Positions 50,805-61,759 are shown, counted from the first letter of the stretch. The stretch: DNA of 64,000 bases from Ignavibacteriota bacterium (GCA_963701295.1 OY969585.1:2240001-2304000); one strand, 5' to 3'. Notes: a model not told the origin generated them from the sequence alone. Made by a program: numbers and translations.

Positions 50805-53036
50805 ATGCTTAAGATCAAAAATAGGAAAAAGATTTTTTTCTATGCGTTGATGATAATTCTACCCTACCTCGTCTTAGCATTGTTAGAACTTGCATTAAGG
50901 CTATTCTCATTTGGCAATGATTTGAGCCTCTTTGTCCCTCGTTCTGATTCAATGTACTACGAAATCAATCGAAATGTCGGGGAAAGATTTTTTAGCAAAT
51001 ATGAGTATACGACACCACTTTCTGACAAATTTTTAAAAGAGAAGCCAGCCAATGGGTATCGAATTTTCGTTTTGGGAGAATCATCAGTACAAGGGTTTCC
51101 GTACGATGCGAATGTTGCATGTACTAGAATTTTGCAGCGGCGCCTTCAAGATATTTTCCCAAACCGCACTATTGAGGTTGTTAACCTCGGTCTAACTGCA
51201 GTCAATAGTTATACCCTCCTTGATTTTACAGATGAACTTCTACAGCAAAAGCCAGATGCAGTCTTGATATATACTGGGCACAATGAATACTATGGTGCTT
51301 TGGGTGTTGCCTCTATGGAAAACGGGTCAATTCCTCATTGGCTCAAAAAGCTGCATTTGAAGATCATTCATCTAAGGACATATCAATTGCTTCAAAAGTG
51401 TATTGGTAGCATTTATAAACTCATGCATCCAACCACGAAAGATGAAGCTAAAGCAACAATGATGGAAAAAATAGTTGGTAAGAATTTGATCCCGTATAAT
51501 TCAAAATTGTATTTGGAAGGATTGACGCAATTCTCCGATAATATGAGTGCTGTGTTGGGAAAATTGAAAGAAGCACGTATACCTGTCATTATCAGTGACC
51601 TTGTAAGTAACGTAAGAGATTTGCCTCCTTTTTGCTCATTACGATATGAAATGTATCCAAGAGCAGATTCTTTATTTTCCGATGCAAAACGACTTGAAGC
51701 TGATCATTTGTTTGACAAGGCGAAGGAAGAATATATAAGGGCTAAGGATCTTGACGTCATCCGATTCAGGGCACCGGAAGATATCAATAAAATAATTGCT
51801 CATTTTGCTGATTCGCTTGGCGTGTATTCTATCTCGTTAAAATCACTTTTTGAAAAATATTCTCCCCAAGGTATTATCGGAAACAGCTTGATGACCGACC
51901 ATCTCCATCCAAATATTGATGGATTCTTTTTGATGGCTGAAGGTTTTCTTACTGCGCTGAGAGACCATGGGATGATCGAAAATTATTGGGATTCTACGAG
52001 AGTGAAACCATGGACATATTACAGGTACAACTGGGGATTTACCGAACTTGACAGTATGATTGCTGTTATTCGCATAAAGCATTTGAAGGCCGGGTGGCCG
52101 TTTCAACCCGAGACTACAGTAAACAATTTCCGCACTACGTACATACCGAAAGGGATGATAGATTCGTTAGCATTTATCAGTATCATGTATGTAGATGTAA
52201 GCTCGAGTATGGTTCATAAAAAACTTGCTGCCTATTATGAATCAATAGGGGATTTCAAGCGCGCCTCGAAGGAGTATTTATCGTTGGCATATATTTCTCC
52301 ATCAGACGTTGCATCTTATTATTACGCAGCCGATCTCGCGTATAAAGCAAAAGAGTACACCAACGCAATCCGCTATTTACAAGAATCGCCCAACGCTGAT
52401 ACGAGTTTTTATGCCCAATTTACTCTTGCCTCCATTTATTATTCTCAAAAAAATAATATAGAAGCTCTTACATGTATAGACCGATTGCAAAAATTACACT
52501 TGAATGAAAATAGTTATTTGCAGGTTCAGAAACTTAAATACAACGTACTAAAAGATTCTGGTTTTAGTTCCGATGCTGAAAAGACGCTCGCTAATATTAA
52601 AAAAATGGATCCATCTTTTAACGCAGCCAGAGGAGGGAAAAGTCTCGTCATTCTCATTCCCAACAGAATAAAACCTTATTTAGAAAAAGCCGAGACATTG
52701 AGGAAAAATGGACAGTTTTCCGAAGCATTATCTGTCTTGAAAGAAGCCAACACTATTCATGAACTAGCCTACACCAATCTTCTCATTGGGAAATTACTTT
52801 TTTCACAAAAAAATGTCGAAGCCTTATACTACCTGGAGAAAGCCCATAGAGAAATCAAGGACGATCCATCACTGATTTATTGTCTCTGTGCTTTATATAT
52901 AATAAAACGAGACATACCTAAGGCGAAGGAAGCAATTGATGATTTTACGCGGCTCGTAGGGAAAAATCATCCCCAATCTGAACTATTAAAATCTCTGTTT
53001 GAGGAAACAGTTACAGGGGGAAAGAAAAGTCAGTAA
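50805..53036 (+). CDS. Membrane-anchored SGNH/GDSL-like hydrolase with C-terminal TPR repeats
   Basis: N-terminal TM helix; LGESS, NLG..VNS, YTGHNEYYG, DHLHPN; TPR-like helices. Confidence 0.8.
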   Translation: MLKIKNRKKIFFYALMIILPYLVLALLELALRLFSFGNDLSLFVPRSDSMYYEINRNVGERFFSKYEYTTPLSDKFLKEKPANGYRIFVLGESSVQGFPYDANVACTRILQRRLQDIFPNRTIEVVNLGLTAVNSYTLLDFTDELLQQKPDAVLIYTGHNEYYGALGVASMENGSIPHWLKKLHLKIIHLRTYQLLQKCIGSIYKLMHPTTKDEAKATMMEKIVGKNLIPYNSKLYLEGLTQFSDNMSAVLGKLKEARIPVIISDLVSNVRDLPPFCSLRYEMYPRADSLFSDAKRLEADHLFDKAKEEYIRAKDLDVIRFRAPEDINKIIAHFADSLGVYSISLKSLFEKYSPQGIIGNSLMTDHLHPNIDGFFLMAEGFLTALRDHGMIENYWDSTRVKPWTYYRYNWGFTELDSMIAVIRIKHLKAGWPFQPETTVNNFRTTYIPKGMIDSLAFISIMYVDVSSSMVHKKLAAYYESIGDFKRASKEYLSLAYISPSDVASYYYAADLAYKAKEYTNAIRYLQESPNADTSFYAQFTLASIYYSQKNNIEALTCIDRLQKLHLNENSYLQVQKLKYNVLKDSGFSSDAEKTLANIKKMDPSFNAARGGKSLVILIPNRIKPYLEKAETLRKNGQFSEALSVLKEANTIHELAYTNLLIGKLLFSQKNVEALYYLEKAHREIKDDPSLIYCLCALYIIKRDIPKAKEAIDDFTRLVGKNHPQSELLKSLFEETVTGGKKSQ

Positions 53037-53093
53037 ATAAAGCTAATTCAAGAGAATATAACGATCTAAATAACTTTCACTAGAGGAACATTC

Positions 53094-55532
53094 ATGAAAT
53101 ACGGATATTTTGATGACAAACAAAAAGAGTATGTGATAACACGTCCCGATACACCTTTACCGTGGATCAATTACTTAGGCACCAGCGATTTCTTTGGAAT
53201 CATTTCCAACACGGCAGGAGGATATTGTTTTTATCAAGATGCAAAACTTCGCCGTTTAACACGGTACCGATATAATAATATTCCCATGGATAGCAATGGA
53301 CGCTATCTCTATATCAAAGATGGAGACACAGTTTGGAATCCAATGTGGAAACCCATGCGCGTTCCGCTTGATCACTACGAATGTCGTCATGGTTTGGGAT
53401 ATACGAAGATAACCGGACAAAAAAACGAGCTGGAGGTTTCTTCATTATTTTTTATTCCTTTGGATTCCAGGAATGAAATCTGGCATGTGCAAGTAACAAA
53501 TCGTTCAAAGGTACCAAAGAAAATTCGGTTGTGGAGTTTTGCTGAATGGTGTCTCTGGGATGCTCTCGATGATATGACCAATTTCCAAAGAAATTATTCT
53601 ACCGGACAGGTTGAAGTCGAACATGGGACTATTTTCCATATTACAGAATACAGAGAACGAAGAAATCATTATGCGTATTTTTCTTCGAGCGAAGCTGTTT
53701 CCGGTTACGACAGCAGCCGTGATGCATTTGTAGGTGTGCATCAAGGATTGGATGCGCCAAAAGCTGTACTACAGGGGAGTTGTAAGAATAGTATTGCATA
53801 TGGCTGGCTACCTATCGGTGTTCATCAAATCGATCTGGAGCTGAAACCAGGTGAATCAAAATCTATAAATTTCTTATTAGGATACGCAGAAAACTTGCCT
53901 GAAAAGAAATTTCTTGAAAACGGGAAAATTAGAAAAGATGAATTTGAAGAAGTAAAATCGAAATACTCCAAGACATCGGATGTGCTGGCCGCTTTTCAAA
54001 CGCACAAAGAATATTGGGAAAACTTGTTTTCATCGTATCGGGTTGATGCACCTGACACGGTTGTAAACCGGATGGCAAATATCTGGAACCAATATCAATG
54101 TATGGTTACTTTTAACTTGTCTCGCTCAGCATCTTCATACGAATCCGGAATCGGCAGGGGGATGGGATATCGCGATAGCAATCAAGATATTTTGGGATTC
54201 GTGCACATCTTACCTGCAAGAGCACGTCAGCGGATATTGGATTTAGCGGGAACTCAGCTTTCTGATGGGACTTGTTTCCATCAGTATCAACCGCTCACCA
54301 AGAAAGGAAATGCTGATATAGGTGGTGGATTTAATGATGACCCTCTCTGGCTTATTCTATCCGTTGCAGCATATATCAAAGAAACAGGTGATTATAGTAT
54401 TCTAAGCGAAAAGGCCGGTTTCGCTGATGTTCAGAATTCAAAATCAACGTTGCTTGATCATCTCACTATCTCTCTCCAGTATACGTTAAATCACCGAGGA
54501 CCGCACGGTTTGCCACTTATTGGCCATGCTGACTGGAATGATTGCCTTAATCTGAATTGTTTCTCTACGACACCGGGCGAGAGTTTTCAATTAGCAGGAC
54601 ATATCGAAAATGATAAAGTTGCAGAATCAGTCATGATTGCCGGTTTGTTTTGTAAAGCGTGTGATGAGATGGCGAAAATTTTGAAAAATACAGGAAAACC
54701 TGAGCAAGCCGAAAATTACCTGAAGCAAGCCGAAAATATGAGGAAGACAATTTATGAGCATGGATGGGATGGCGAGTGGTTCCTTAGGGCTTATGATTCT
54801 TATAGCAGAGAACTCGGTTCATCAAAAAATGAAGAAGGCAAAATATTTATTGAAAGCCAGGGCTGGTGTATTTTAGGCGGCGCTGGATTAGAAAATGGTT
54901 ACGCAAAAAAAGCATTAGATAGTGTCCGAAAACATTTAGCGACACCGAATGGAATTGTCTTGCAGCAACCAGCTTTCCAAAAATATTATGAGCACTTAGG
55001 TGAAGTAAGTTCCTATCCGCCTGGATATAAGGAAAATGCCGGTATCTTTACGCATAATAATACTTGGATACAAATTGCTGAGACCATGATTGGCAGGGGA
55101 GATCAGGCCATGGAATATTACATGAGCATTTGCCCTCCGACCAAAGAAGATCAAATAGATATTTACCGTTCCGAGCCTTATGTGTATAGTCAAATGACTG
55201 CTGGCAAAGACGCACCTACGCCGGGTGAAGGCAAAAATTCTTGGCTCACGGGCACGGTGGCTTGGTCGTTCGTAGCTCTTTCTCAGTATATTCTCGGCGT
55301 ACATCCGGATTACAACGGATTAATTATTGATCCTTGCATCCCAAGTTCATGGAAAAAATATAGTGTGGTTCGAAAGTTTAGAAACAGTATTTATACTATT
55401 ACAGTACATAATCCAAAGAACGTTTGTAAAGGCGTGAAGAGTCTGAATTTAGATGGAAAATTGTTGAGCGGTAACTGCATCCCAGATTTGAATGATGGGA
55501 AAACTCATACGGTAGAAGTTGAGCTCGGTTAA
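53094..55532 (+). CDS. GH94 glycoside phosphorylase (cellobiose phosphorylase-like)
   Basis: MKYGYFDD..PWINYLG, SRSASSYESGIGRGMGYRDSNQD, DDPLWL, ADWNDCLNL, ENAGIFTH, SWLTGT. Confidence 0.93.
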   Translation: MKYGYFDDKQKEYVITRPDTPLPWINYLGTSDFFGIISNTAGGYCFYQDAKLRRLTRYRYNNIPMDSNGRYLYIKDGDTVWNPMWKPMRVPLDHYECRHGLGYTKITGQKNELEVSSLFFIPLDSRNEIWHVQVTNRSKVPKKIRLWSFAEWCLWDALDDMTNFQRNYSTGQVEVEHGTIFHITEYRERRNHYAYFSSSEAVSGYDSSRDAFVGVHQGLDAPKAVLQGSCKNSIAYGWLPIGVHQIDLELKPGESKSINFLLGYAENLPEKKFLENGKIRKDEFEEVKSKYSKTSDVLAAFQTHKEYWENLFSSYRVDAPDTVVNRMANIWNQYQCMVTFNLSRSASSYESGIGRGMGYRDSNQDILGFVHILPARARQRILDLAGTQLSDGTCFHQYQPLTKKGNADIGGGFNDDPLWLILSVAAYIKETGDYSILSEKAGFADVQNSKSTLLDHLTISLQYTLNHRGPHGLPLIGHADWNDCLNLNCFSTTPGESFQLAGHIENDKVAESVMIAGLFCKACDEMAKILKNTGKPEQAENYLKQAENMRKTIYEHGWDGEWFLRAYDSYSRELGSSKNEEGKIFIESQGWCILGGAGLENGYAKKALDSVRKHLATPNGIVLQQPAFQKYYEHLGEVSSYPPGYKENAGIFTHNNTWIQIAETMIGRGDQAMEYYMSICPPTKEDQIDIYRSEPYVYSQMTAGKDAPTPGEGKNSWLTGTVAWSFVALSQYILGVHPDYNGLIIDPCIPSSWKKYSVVRKFRNSIYTITVHNPKNVCKGVKSLNLDGKLLSGNCIPDLNDGKTHTVEVELG

Positions 55533-55742
55533 ATGAATGGTGAGAATAAGAAGGCGATTAGTAAGAGTATGTATTGTGATGAAAAACACGAATAGCAGTC
55601 AGAAATTGAAACACATTAAGTTTGATGATTTCTATCAGAAAGCAGTGATGGTTCTTTGAGGAGAAAAAGAGTATATTATATTGTATTGTAGAAGATGAAG
55701 TGATTCTTTTTAGAAACTCTTATTAGAGAAAGGATTATTCGT

Positions 55743-57728
55743 ATGAAACTGAAGCAGATACTCTATAAACTTTTATTTCCTCTCATCGGATTAGGAGCAC
55801 TTATTTGGTTTCTTATCCGCGTAATTCCTAAACCAAGCCGTGCTACATATCCTTGTATGCGCGTTGCATACCCGGTAGCCTCCGGTTTTATCATTTATTT
55901 GCTCGGCCTTGCCACGTCAGCTTTCGCAATGGGTAAAGTAAAAGAACATTGGAAGAACTCGCGCTATTGGGCAACGGCTGGCTTTTTTGCGATTGCTCTT
56001 GTTGCAGGATTTTTAACTTTTCAAGCTGATAAACCTGCTGTCTATGCTAATACTTTTAGCGTAAATACTGCAGACACTGCAAATGTGCCTATTGGAGTTG
56101 CAAAAGGAATTTTTCCGGGAAGAGTTGTTTGGGTGCATGATCCTGCCGCAGTGAATCAGAGTTGTACGGTAAATAAACCGGATCATGCTTGGTTTATGAG
56201 CGAGAATATGAATCAGCCAGTTGTCGATAGGATGATATCATCGGCGATTCAAAGTGTCTCCGGAGCAACAAGTGATAGCGCCGCATGGAGATTAATATTC
56301 CAATTTTATAATGCCGGGCACAGCAAGGGAAAAACTAACTATAAAAGTGGTGAAAAAGTTTTTATCAAAATAAATGCAACGAGTGCATGGGGTGGAGAAT
56401 TTAATACATCAGACTTGAGTGTTGTGCAAAATAATTATTACGGTGTTTCCGAAACTTCAGAAGCAACTGTAATGGCAGTTTTGAAGCAGCTCGTTAATGT
56501 TGTAGGTGTTTCACAAAGCGATATTTATATCGGTGACCCGATGAAGCATATCTATAAACATAACTACGATGTATGGCACGATGCGTTTTCCAATGTCCAT
56601 TATCTCGATCATGACAACTATTCAAATTTAGGCAGAGAACAAGTTGTTAAAAGCACTACTGCAATAATTCATTATTCCGATAAGGGCACAGTTTTACTAA
56701 CAAATTCTATGAATCCCGGAGGAAATGGTGTTCCTGTTTATCAGGATTATCTTTACACAATTTTTGAAACTGCAGATTACATATTAAATATTCCTCAAAT
56801 GAAAGGTCACCAGCGTGCCGGAATGACTATGTTTGCAAAGAACCATTTTGGCTCTCAAACACGTGATGACGCTCAGCATCTTCATTGGGGCTTGGTACGT
56901 CCATATGGAACTGCCGATTATAATACAGTAAGGAGCGATTACGGGATGTATCGTGTACAGGTTGATTTGATGACACACAATTTATTAAGCGGCAAGAATC
57001 TTCTCTATATTATGGATGCTTTGTGGGCAACTGATTTCGAACTTGATGTCCCTCTAAAGTGGAAAATGCAGCCGTTTAATAATCAATATACATCATCCAT
57101 CTTTGTATCATTCGATCCGGTTGCAATAGAATCGGTTGGCTACGATTTCCTGAGGAGCGAATTTACCGCCGCTCCGCAAGATCTTTCTGTCCAAATGCCC
57201 GCCGTCGATGATTATCTCCATCAGGCGGCAGATTCAGCCAATTGGCCGGTTGGAATAAAATATGATCCCAATAACACAGGAGTTCATGTCTACAGTCTTG
57301 GTACCCACGAACATTGGAACAACGCGACGAATAGACAATATTCGAGGAATCTCAGCACAACGGGGACCGGTATCGAGTTGATTGAGACAGAACAGACGAA
57401 CACCGGTGTTGCAGATCGTGAAGATAGTCCGGAATATTTCAGAATTTATTCGAACTATCCCAATCCATTCAATCCTAGTACAACGATTGCATATTCATTG
57501 CCCGAAAGATCTTCGGTTGTAGTAACGATCTATGATATTCAGGGACGTCAAATAAAATCATACACATTTAGCGCACAATCGGCGGGGTATCAGAGAGTTG
57601 TATGGAATGGAACAAATGAATGGGGCAACTCAATTGCCAGCGGAGTCTATGTCTATAGAGTGAGAGCTGCATCATTGGAGGATGGAAAGACATTTGATAG
57701 ATCCGCAAAAATGCTGCTGTTGAAATAG
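55743..57728 (+). CDS. DUF362-domain protein with long hydrophobic leader and T9SS C-terminal domain
   Basis: GIFPGRVVWVHDP, VFIKIN, NIPQMKGH..GMTMFAKNHFG, SFDPVAIESV; CTD NYPNPFNPST..KMLLLK. Confidence 0.78.
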   Translation: MKLKQILYKLLFPLIGLGALIWFLIRVIPKPSRATYPCMRVAYPVASGFIIYLLGLATSAFAMGKVKEHWKNSRYWATAGFFAIALVAGFLTFQADKPAVYANTFSVNTADTANVPIGVAKGIFPGRVVWVHDPAAVNQSCTVNKPDHAWFMSENMNQPVVDRMISSAIQSVSGATSDSAAWRLIFQFYNAGHSKGKTNYKSGEKVFIKINATSAWGGEFNTSDLSVVQNNYYGVSETSEATVMAVLKQLVNVVGVSQSDIYIGDPMKHIYKHNYDVWHDAFSNVHYLDHDNYSNLGREQVVKSTTAIIHYSDKGTVLLTNSMNPGGNGVPVYQDYLYTIFETADYILNIPQMKGHQRAGMTMFAKNHFGSQTRDDAQHLHWGLVRPYGTADYNTVRSDYGMYRVQVDLMTHNLLSGKNLLYIMDALWATDFELDVPLKWKMQPFNNQYTSSIFVSFDPVAIESVGYDFLRSEFTAAPQDLSVQMPAVDDYLHQAADSANWPVGIKYDPNNTGVHVYSLGTHEHWNNATNRQYSRNLSTTGTGIELIETEQTNTGVADREDSPEYFRIYSNYPNPFNPSTTIAYSLPERSSVVVTIYDIQGRQIKSYTFSAQSAGYQRVVWNGTNEWGNSIASGVYVYRVRAASLEDGKTFDRSAKMLLLK

Positions 57729-57782
57729 TGTCACTGAAACGGCTTTTGAGCTGCGACATTTGAAGAATGTTATTCTCACCTT

Positions 57783-57815
57783 GATTCTTCTCCCGATGTA
57801 CTCGGGAGAAGAATC
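57783..57815. repeat. Perfect 14-bp inverted repeat (terminator or RNA-stabilising hairpin)
   Basis: GATTCTTCTCCCGA-TGTAC-TCGGGAGAAGAATC; no clear poly-T tail. Confidence 0.7.
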
Positions 57816-57882
57816 TTAGTTAATTCTATAGTTCCGATGTCGAAATCTTCGGTCCAACTCAAAATTTTATCAAAGCTCAGTC

Positions 57883-59520
57883 ATGTTAAAGTATAATCGA
57901 ATGCGAAAGATAAGTATTTTTGCAGCTTGTTTTGGTTTTGCAATTCTCCGCAGTCAGACTCCCACGATCCAAATCGTTTCTAATTACAACCAGTGGGGAT
58001 GGGATACAACAATCGTCATGCAGAATGATTTTATCACAATGGCAACGGTGCCGGCTATCGGCGGTCGTGTGATGCAGTACGATTTGGGAAGTCTTCCATC
58101 TATTATGGTCAACTCGAGTTTACTCGGGCAAACCTATGTGCCTGCTAATAATAGCAATTGGTACAACTTTGGTGGATATAAAACATGGCCGTCGCCTCAG
58201 GGTGTCTGGCCTGGTACATGGCCACCCCCGCCGAAACTCGATTATGGAAAATATGCTTATCAAATCGTTTCCCAGACAGCCGATTCTGTCGCCGCTCTCG
58301 TGACGAGTCCGGTAGAAACATGGGTTGCGCCGAACATTCAGTTCAAGCGGCGAGCGACAATCTTTCCGGGGACAAGCAGGGTCAGGATGGAACAAACCAT
58401 TATTAATACAGGCTCAACGCCTGTAAGCTGGGGCGTGTGGAGTATAATACAGTCGATTGTCAATCATCCGAACAAAACGGATTACCAGAATTACTGGGCA
58501 TATTTCCCGATCAATCCTAATAGTGTTTACGGGTCAAGCGGTGTGAGCCCTCAAGGAGGCAACGCGGCTTGGCAGGGAGAGGTGGCTCCAGGTGTCGGGG
58601 TGTATGGTGTTCAGTTCTATCCGGAAGGTGCAAAAATCTTCGCCGATCCGGACAAAGGCTGGATTGCATATTCTGATAAGTCAGATACAGTTGTGTTTGC
58701 TAGAACTTTTCCCATTTTCGACGGCGAGCAATATCCAGACGATGGCGCCCGAGTTTCTGTGTACGTGAGCAGCAATAGCGCTCCATTGTATATGGAAGTC
58801 GAAGTGAAAGCTCCTGTCGTTGCGCTCGCTGCTTCTGGAGGGAATTATACGTTTACAGAGAATTGGTGGGCTGCCAAAGTTCGAGCACCGGTACTGGATG
58901 TGGATTCCGTTGGTGCGATTGCCGGCAGGTTATCTTACAATTCAAAGGCGCAAAGTTTATCCGCAATCTATGGTGTGTTCTACAAAGGCACGGCTAAGAT
59001 AACGTTTATCAACGCTCAGGGTAAGATTCTAACTGAGGGACAATCACATACAATTACGCCGCTTGAGGAATTTCAGCTTCAGGAAAATGTTGCTATTCCG
59101 GACAGTGCGAAGACGGTTGAAGTTCTTGTCTACAACAACAAAGACGAATTGGCAGGTGTTCTGGAAAGTGCGGATGTTTCGCAGATTACGACTGCCGTCA
59201 GAGCAAAATCCGTTAATGTTGCTTCGGAGTTTTATCTGGCAGCCAATTACCCAAATCCATTTAATCCAAGCACAACAATTGCATATTCATTACCGGCGAA
59301 ATCTTCTGTGGAGATAACGATATATGATATGCTGGGCCGAGAAATAAAATCATTTATGTTTGGAGCGCAATCGGCAGGATATCAAAGAGTTGTATGGAAT
59401 GGAACAAATTCAAATGGGGCATCATTATCCAGCGGTGTCTATGTATATAGAATAAGAGGAATATCGTTGGATGGAGGAAAGACATTTGACGGGTCGGCAA
59501 AGATGTTGTTGCTGAAGTAG
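57883..59520 (+). CDS. DUF4380-like (galactose mutarotase-fold) exported protein with T9SS C-terminal domain
   Basis: VPAIGGRVMQY, NFGGYKTWPSPQ, WPPPP..D, YMEVEV; CTD NYPNPFNPST. Confidence 0.68.
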   Translation: MLKYNRMRKISIFAACFGFAILRSQTPTIQIVSNYNQWGWDTTIVMQNDFITMATVPAIGGRVMQYDLGSLPSIMVNSSLLGQTYVPANNSNWYNFGGYKTWPSPQGVWPGTWPPPPKLDYGKYAYQIVSQTADSVAALVTSPVETWVAPNIQFKRRATIFPGTSRVRMEQTIINTGSTPVSWGVWSIIQSIVNHPNKTDYQNYWAYFPINPNSVYGSSGVSPQGGNAAWQGEVAPGVGVYGVQFYPEGAKIFADPDKGWIAYSDKSDTVVFARTFPIFDGEQYPDDGARVSVYVSSNSAPLYMEVEVKAPVVALAASGGNYTFTENWWAAKVRAPVLDVDSVGAIAGRLSYNSKAQSLSAIYGVFYKGTAKITFINAQGKILTEGQSHTITPLEEFQLQENVAIPDSAKTVEVLVYNNKDELAGVLESADVSQITTAVRAKSVNVASEFYLAANYPNPFNPSTTIAYSLPAKSSVEITIYDMLGREIKSFMFGAQSAGYQRVVWNGTNSNGASLSSGVYVYRIRGISLDGGKTFDGSAKMLLLK

Positions 59521-59857
59521 TGGATTTAAAGTGGTTGTTATACTGCGACATACTAAAAATTCTATTCATATTATTATTTAGGCATGTCGAATTTCTAAAT
59601 AGAATTGAAAACGAATTGAGATTAATATAGGAACTCTAAAGTTCTTCATCTAATTTTTTGACAATATTTCACACTGATTTTCCCGTTTTACTCATATAAT
59701 AGAATTTCCACAAATATTTATTGATATGTATGGTCTGCACTGTTTATTCCCCAATTAAAAGACTATATTTTATAATACGAGTGAATATTGTGCGCTCGTT
59801 TTTATTTTTGTGGTGACAAATAAAGTACGCAGTAAAATCAAATAAAAAATAGAGACG

Positions 59858-61759
59858 ATGGTTATGAAACAAAAATCAATGCTATACAAAATCTTTTTCC
59901 CATTAATAGGACTCGGTGCGCTCATTTGGTTTCTTATCCGCGTAATCCCAAAACCAAGCCGGGCGACATATCCTTGCATGCGAGTCGCATATCCAATGGC
60001 ATCTGCCTTTGTGGTCTATCTCATTGGTTTGTCTGCTTCAGCTTTCGCCGTTGGCAAAATAAAAGATCATTGGAAGAATTCGCGCTATTGGGCGATGTCC
60101 GGCTTTTTGATAATTGCGATTGTTGCCGGATTTTTTGCTTTTCAGGCAGATCAGCCTCCGGTTTATGCTAATTCGAATTTTATTGATACGGCCAATGCAC
60201 CAATCGGTACCGGAAAAGGTATTTTCCAAGGCCGCGTAGTTTGGGTTCACGATCCAGCCGCAGTCAATCAAGCTTGCACAAACTCTACCAATGATTACTG
60301 GTTGCTGGATAAAAATACTAATCAAACGGCGGTCAATAACATGGTATCAAATGCAATACGATCGTTAACCGGCAAAGGATCAGATGCAGAGTCCTGGGAT
60401 GCCATCTTCCGATATTATAATCAAACTCACAATAGAGGAAATGTCGGTTATACATCGGGGGAAAAAATTGTCATAAAGCTTAATTTTAATAATGGAGCCA
60501 CGGGAACTAGTTACACCAGAGCAGATTTGAGCGTGGTTGACTCATCTCCCCAAATCGCTTATGCAATTCTAAATCAACTTGTTAATGTCGCTGGTGTTGT
60601 ACAATCGGATATTAGTATCGGCGATCCGGGAAGAAATTTCGACGATTTATATTGGAACAAATGCCATCCTGATTTTCCAAATGTACATTATTGGGGTGCT
60701 GGTAATGGCCGAACACCAATCACAAAATCTGCCAATCCTGAATTGATGACTAGTGACGGCCAGTTACAAAATTATATACCCGCCTGTTACGTTGAAGCAA
60801 CCTATATGATTAGTATTCCCGTATTTAAGGAACATCACCGGGCAGGGATGTCTCTTTCAAGTAAAAATCATTTCGGATCACTCCTGCCTTTTTCCTCAAC
60901 CGGAGATGCTTTTCCTTTCCATTACAGCTTGCCATGTACACAGGGAGATGGAAACGTGGATAACGGCGGGTACGGGAAATATAGAATTTTTGTAGATTTC
61001 ATCGGCAGTAAATATCTTGGAGGCAAAACAATTCTGTATATGTTTGATGCATTATGGAGTTCGACAAATTATGGTGATCCGCCATGGAAATGGAAAATGG
61101 CACCATTTAATAATACATATCCAGCATCCATCTTTGCCTCGCAAGATCCAGTTGCTATAGAGTCTGTTGGTTATGATTTTCTACATGCGGAGTTTTATAG
61201 CGGTAATCCAAGCGGAAACGCTTTTCCACAATATTCAGGTGTTGATGATTTTTTACGTCAAGCAGCAGATTCCGTCAATTGGCCAAATGGCATCAAATAT
61301 AATCCGGAAGGTAATGGAGTGTATCTCCCCAGAAGCATGGGTGTGTATGAACATTGGAATAATGCAACAGATCAAAAGTATTCGCGTGACCTTGGTATCG
61401 GAACAGGCATTGAATTAGTAAAAATTCAAATTGTAACATCAGTCGATGGCTCACTATCCAAAACTCAGCCAACTGAATTCATTCTCGAGTCCAATTATCC
61501 AAATCCATTCAATCCGTCTACGACCATCAGGTATCATATTCCACAGGCTGCGCATGTGGATTTATCAATTTACAATGTCCAAGGTCAATGCATCCAAACA
61601 CTTGTTGATGCCTATCAAACAGGCGGTACGTACTTCGTTCAGTGGAATGGTCAGGTTAAAGGCGCAACAGCAGCAACTGGAGTCTATTTTGCAAGAATCA
61701 ATGCCGAGGGAAGTCAAGGTGTTCAATCGCAGGTTCAGAGGATGCTTCTACTAAAGTAA
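59858..61759 (+). CDS. Second DUF362-domain protein with the same leader and T9SS C-terminal domain
   Basis: Paralog of 55743-57728: GIFQGRVVWVHDP, FKEHHRAGMSLSSKNHFG, SQDPVAIESV, YEHWNNA; CTD NYPNPFNPST. Confidence 0.78.
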   Translation: MVMKQKSMLYKIFFPLIGLGALIWFLIRVIPKPSRATYPCMRVAYPMASAFVVYLIGLSASAFAVGKIKDHWKNSRYWAMSGFLIIAIVAGFFAFQADQPPVYANSNFIDTANAPIGTGKGIFQGRVVWVHDPAAVNQACTNSTNDYWLLDKNTNQTAVNNMVSNAIRSLTGKGSDAESWDAIFRYYNQTHNRGNVGYTSGEKIVIKLNFNNGATGTSYTRADLSVVDSSPQIAYAILNQLVNVAGVVQSDISIGDPGRNFDDLYWNKCHPDFPNVHYWGAGNGRTPITKSANPELMTSDGQLQNYIPACYVEATYMISIPVFKEHHRAGMSLSSKNHFGSLLPFSSTGDAFPFHYSLPCTQGDGNVDNGGYGKYRIFVDFIGSKYLGGKTILYMFDALWSSTNYGDPPWKWKMAPFNNTYPASIFASQDPVAIESVGYDFLHAEFYSGNPSGNAFPQYSGVDDFLRQAADSVNWPNGIKYNPEGNGVYLPRSMGVYEHWNNATDQKYSRDLGIGTGIELVKIQIVTSVDGSLSKTQPTEFILESNYPNPFNPSTTIRYHIPQAAHVDLSIYNVQGQCIQTLVDAYQTGGTYFVQWNGQVKGATAATGVYFARINAEGSQGVQSQVQRMLLLK

